Of a stretch of DNA of 64,000 nucleotides, positions 60,101-64,000 are shown in pieces. Both the position numbers and the translations under genes were made by a program. Position 1 is the first letter of the stretch. The number at the start of each line of letters is the position of its first letter. Source of the DNA: Thermodesulfovibrionales bacterium (lineage in GTDB: Bacteria > Nitrospirota > Thermodesulfovibrionia > Thermodesulfovibrionales > SM23-35); NCBI GenBank assembly GCA_963715195.1, contig CAVQRT010000003.1, positions 64,001 to 128,000 on the forward strand, read 5' to 3'. The notes under the pieces are model-generated. The model worked only from the letters and a program-made list of their open reading frames with translations, had not been told where the DNA came from and did no database searches.

Positions 60101-63100
60101 TCATTGAGCGGTGCTGTAAGGTCGTTATCAATAACACCGTCACAGTCGTTGTCTAATCCATCACAGACTTCTGAAGATGATTCTTCTGGTACGCAGGTGT
60201 CAGCTTGTGCTCCACCAGAACAAATAAACATACCGTTTGATGCACATTCTCCGACTCCGCAGTTGGTCGTTTGTTCATACCACGTTTCCCCGGAACCATC
60301 AGCAGTGCCTCCATTACAATCATTGTCTTTCGTGTCGCAGATCTCCGTTGCACCTGGATTAATTGAGGAATCGGTATCATCGCAGTCATAATTAGTAGTT
60401 GAACCCGCACATTCACTTATATCCAATCCGCTTCTTCCGTAATTATCACCATCAGCATCTGTGCACGTATCACATGCATCACCTATACCATCGGTATCTG
60501 AATCTTCCTGGCCAGAATTCCATACGGTAGGACAGTTATCTGTGACATCAGGCACTCCATCCCCATCTGTGTCAGTTACGGTGTCTGTTGTGAAACTCCA
60601 ATGTAATCTGACGCCATGTTGTTGCCTGCGCTATCTTTCACTCTGTAGTAATAGTTGCAGTGTATGTCGTGTTACTATTAAGGTTCGCATCTGGATTGAA
60701 CGTCGCGGTTCTGGTGCCGGGATCGTATGACACGGCTCCCGTTACCCCGCCATTTAAATAAAATGTCGTCTCGTTAATGGTTGTTTCATCCATGTTTTCG
60801 CTGAATGTTGCGGTGATATTGCTATCAACCGATACATCAGTTGCAGCATCGAGCGGATAAGTGCTGGTTACTGCCGGGGCTGATGTGTCGACATATCTGG
60901 AATAGAGATAGTATTCCACTGAACCCCTCTCACCGTGACTGAGCGTAGGGTTATAAATGATGAGCTCGGAAATATCTCCATTAAAATATTTGTCATCACT
61001 CGCATCTCTTCCGATCTCATTCGCATATCCAGTCCCCGCCGATAAATGTGGTAGCGATAAGGGCCTTTTCATCGTCGTCTTTAACGAATGTAAAATGTGC
61101 AGGCTGATCTTTATCCAACCCGTTATGCTGCAAGGTAACAATTGATATTGGTACAAAGTCTGAAGAGTAATTAGACGGCGAGGTCGTAATCCCATCAAAT
61201 CCCCTGTATCCGAAGTACGGTGAGTCTCCAATAAAGCCCAGATTTCCGGGTGCCCCAAAACCAAAGAGCACTTCCTCATCAGTGGTTGTTGTTCTCACCC
61301 TGAGCGGAACCACAGAGTCCTTTGAGTCATCTGTCAATCTCAATGCAGCAAAGATGGAGAATCCATTCCCAATGAGGTTGCTTTAACCGTAATCCAGGTA
61401 ATCGTTCAAACCGTCAAAACGCAGGGTCGGCAACCCGCCCGGTCCATATTCGATCCATAGCGGTCGCCTGGACAGGTCTGCTTGTGTGGCATCGTTCAAA
61501 AAGCCGCTTTGGTCTGCCCATGCGCTTACATAATCTGTCACATCTTTCGTAATTCCAGCATCTGCCTTCAGCCAGAGCTGCATGCCAAGTGGCAGATAAA
61601 AGGACGAAATATAGGCAGAAGCGTCAACATAATCGCTCACCATGTTTGTCCCGGATAATGGCGGCCCCGATGCGCTTCCCCAGTAGTTAAACTGGGCATT
61701 GACTGTTATGGCACTACTCGTGTTCTGTACCGAGTACGTTGTGTTGTCAGCAATGTTGTTGCTGGCGACTTCCGATCCTCCGATCACCGGATCGGCATTA
61801 GACATACAATAGATACCGATGTCGTTTGAATGAATGGTGTTGTTGTAGATATCCGCATTGGCAGTCGTCAGATAGATGCCTTCGTTTGTATTGGAAGATA
61901 TGGAGTTCCACTGTATTGTTGGATTAGAGCTAAGGACGTAAATCCCCTGGTCATTGTTCTTGATGATATTTCCATCTATCATTATGGTGCTGCCTGTGTT
62001 ATTCGCGAGATTTATGCCTCTTCCAACGTTATCCCTGATGATATTATTGCCGATAAAGTGGTTCCCCGATGAGCTGGTTATAACGACTCCGTGAAGGTGC
62101 GTGTTTCTGATTACGGAGTTGGTCAGTGTGAGATTTCCAGTCCCGCTTTTGTACACTGCGCAGTTACCCGAAGTATAGCCAGCGTAACTGATTTCGCAAT
62201 AATCCAATGTTGCAGAACTGTTGGTGTCTATCCAAATTGGTCCCCACCAGTTTGGTGCCGGAGTAGTAGCGCGCCCGTCACCATTGCTATCACCGCCAAC
62301 GGTATCATCACTGTCAGCGGTGAAGTAAATCTTGTTTGCCGGATCTCCCACTGCATTGAGTGTCCCATTATTGATACTCAGATATTTGGACTGCGCAAAC
62401 TTGATGATTCTTCCCGGTGCTATCGTAAGGGTAATGCCGCTGTTGACCGTCACATTATCATTTATATAATAGACTCGTGTGCTCGACCAGGTGGTATTGC
62501 TGCTGATATAGCCGGTTTCAACATATACGGGGTCTGTGATCACTGAGTCATAGTTAGAGGCAACACCGGAAGCACTTGCAGAAAACCCCATGGCGCCAAG
62601 GGTGTTGAAGGTAGATGGAGGGCCTGCATCACCAAAATTATTACCGCTGATAGTTGGTACCGATGTGCCGTCAAGATATATCCCGTATCCCCCATTGTCC
62701 TCTATGTAACAGTTACTTATATCAGGACTGCTGTTCCACAGGCTTATTCCATGGTCGGCGTTGTTTCTGATTGTGCTGTTGTTTATCGAAATTACGCCGC
62801 TCGCACCGTAAAGGTCTATTCCGCTATAAGTGCTATCCTCTATGGTGCTTCCGCTGATGGTTACATTCGCTGATCCAATGTTTACCTGGACGCCATAGCC
62901 TTTTGTATGGGTTACTTTTGAATTGATTAACGGAGAGGCTTCCTGCTCCTGACTTATAAATTGCATAATTAGTGTCGCCCGCATACCTGACTTCACAGTG
63001 AGTCAGCGTCGCATGGGCGTTGTTCACTATATAGATTAATCTCCAGTGGCCTGCTGTACCCGTGCTAACACCGTCACCATTCGTATCCCCTCCAACGTAT

Positions 63101-64000
63101 CATCACTGTCAGCGGTAAAGTAAATAGTGTTTCCTTCACCCGAGTGTCCCGTTTGCATTCAGTGTCCCACTGATATAAAAACGCACCTTGGATGCAAACT
63201 TGATGACGACACCTGGATCTATCGTAAGGGTAACACCGCTGTTGACCGCAACTTCGCCTTTCAGATAGTAAACCCTGCTGCTCTGCCACGCGGCGTTGGA
63301 GTAAACAGTTCCAGCCACTACATATACCGGCTCTGTCGGGAGGATACCGTCATAGATTTGAGCTGCATTTGCACCGTCCGGAGAAAACCCCATGGACCCT
63401 GAGGTATTGCCGCTTGCGTTAGCAGCAGTAAAGCTATCTATAGTCGGGGCAGATGTGCCATCAACATAAATACCAAAGCCTCCGTTATCCTGAATGGTGC
63501 AATTCTGCAAGGTTGGATTGCTGTTCAAAAGGGTTATCCCGTTTGCGTTGATGAAGTTGCTTATGGTGACGTCTGACAATGCAACTCCGCTACCTGCATC
63601 TATGAGATATATTCCACTGTAATAGTCTAGTGCCACTGACATTAGTCGTTATAGTTGTGCCACTGACAGTATGAGTACCTGCTGAGCTATATATCTCGAC
63701 TCCATATCCAGTTGTGTCGGTTGACTGTAGAGTTGGTATGGTGAGGCTACCTGCACCCACTTTAAAATTGCTCTCTTATAACTCGCTCCACCGGTATACC
63801 TCACTTCAGTGTAATTCAGTGTCGCCGATCCGTTCCGTATACACAGAGATACCTGCCCACCAGCCTGCTACTCCGGAGCTCGGAACCATCACCATTAGAT
63901 GTCTCCAGTGGCCAAGGCAGTGTATCATCACGGTAGTCGGTGAAGTAGATCTTGTTTCCGAGGGTCCCGTTTGCGTTCAGCGTTCCATATACTCGCAAGG
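51179..64000 (-). CDS. Giant multidomain surface/adhesin-like protein (>4200 aa if intact; start outside the window), many frameshifts
   Basis: Collinear minus-strand fragments, N to C: parallel beta-helix repeats, LamG-like (LWLKADAG), Big_5-like Ig, TSP3 and MopE-type DCDD/PGATEVCD repeats, IVWQD beta-propeller, internalin LRR, InlB-B-like repeats, PKD and the terminal FVTGGGWI...GGGSIIIHKK* domain. Confidence 0.8.
52128..56020. repeat. Near-identical tandem duplication within the giant gene (period 1630 bp, plus a shortened third copy)
   Basis: CTGTCACTGTTATCACATAGGTATCCGCTGCG recurs at about 52128, 53207 and 54837; 53207-54390 matches 54837-56020. Confidence 0.9.
56510..57430 (-). repeat. 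Internalin-type LRR array, 66-bp / 22-aa units
   Basis: Twelve regular units from 57361 down to 56570 (LTxLxLxxNQISDISxLSNLSS) plus flanking irregular units and the N-cap IPDANLKAAI. Confidence 0.92.

Noticed and set aside
53485..60730. Plus-strand Ser/Pro-rich ORFs opposite the giant gene, and similar antisense ORFs throughout the window
   Set aside because: They are shadow frames of well-supported genes on the other strand.

Overview
Bacterial chromosomal window. The gene content and style suggest an anaerobe of the Nitrospirota/Thermodesulfovibrionia or deltaproteobacterial type (inference, not verified). From 0 to 43 kb it is mostly housekeeping and regulatory genes: a GGDEF-EAL protein, pepF, larC, two degQ, ychF, the gmhA-ruvCAB-queH-spoIID-queA-SPOR-phoH-HD-ybeY operon, a folate/C1 cluster (folE, folD, GltD-like/MvhD flavoprotein, metV, metF, purD-like, ygfA), cooC and hisBC. 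Two AT-richer accessory patches interrupt this: a chagasin-like inhibitor plus a Cys-rich papain protease at 9.4-12.6 kb, and a signalling patch at 23.7-30 kb. The most striking item is at 43.4-46.6 kb, a two-gene group-3-like [NiFe]-hydrogenase. Its small subunit is fused to two intact cyclic-nucleotide-binding domains, its large subunit ends exactly at DPCLSCATH with no cleavable tail, and no diaphorase or Hdr partner is adjacent, although an MvhD-domain flavoprotein and MetVF lie 7 kb away. Other signals outside the ORF track are a CCTAC-N4-GTAGG palindrome occurring five times, at least four upstream of genes (candidate regulon), an 18-aa Lys/Ala micro-ORF with a near-consensus promoter, SD and terminator, an apparent ACG start for phoH, a His-to-Gln pseudo-kinase, several REP/PATE-like repeat families and a scar made of three gene fragments. 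From 47 kb onward come two toxin-antitoxin pairs and a giant (>12.8 kb, running off the window) mosaic surface-protein gene broken by many frameshifts that are most likely sequencing or assembly errors. No rRNA, tRNA, CRISPR array, integrase or transposase was recognised.
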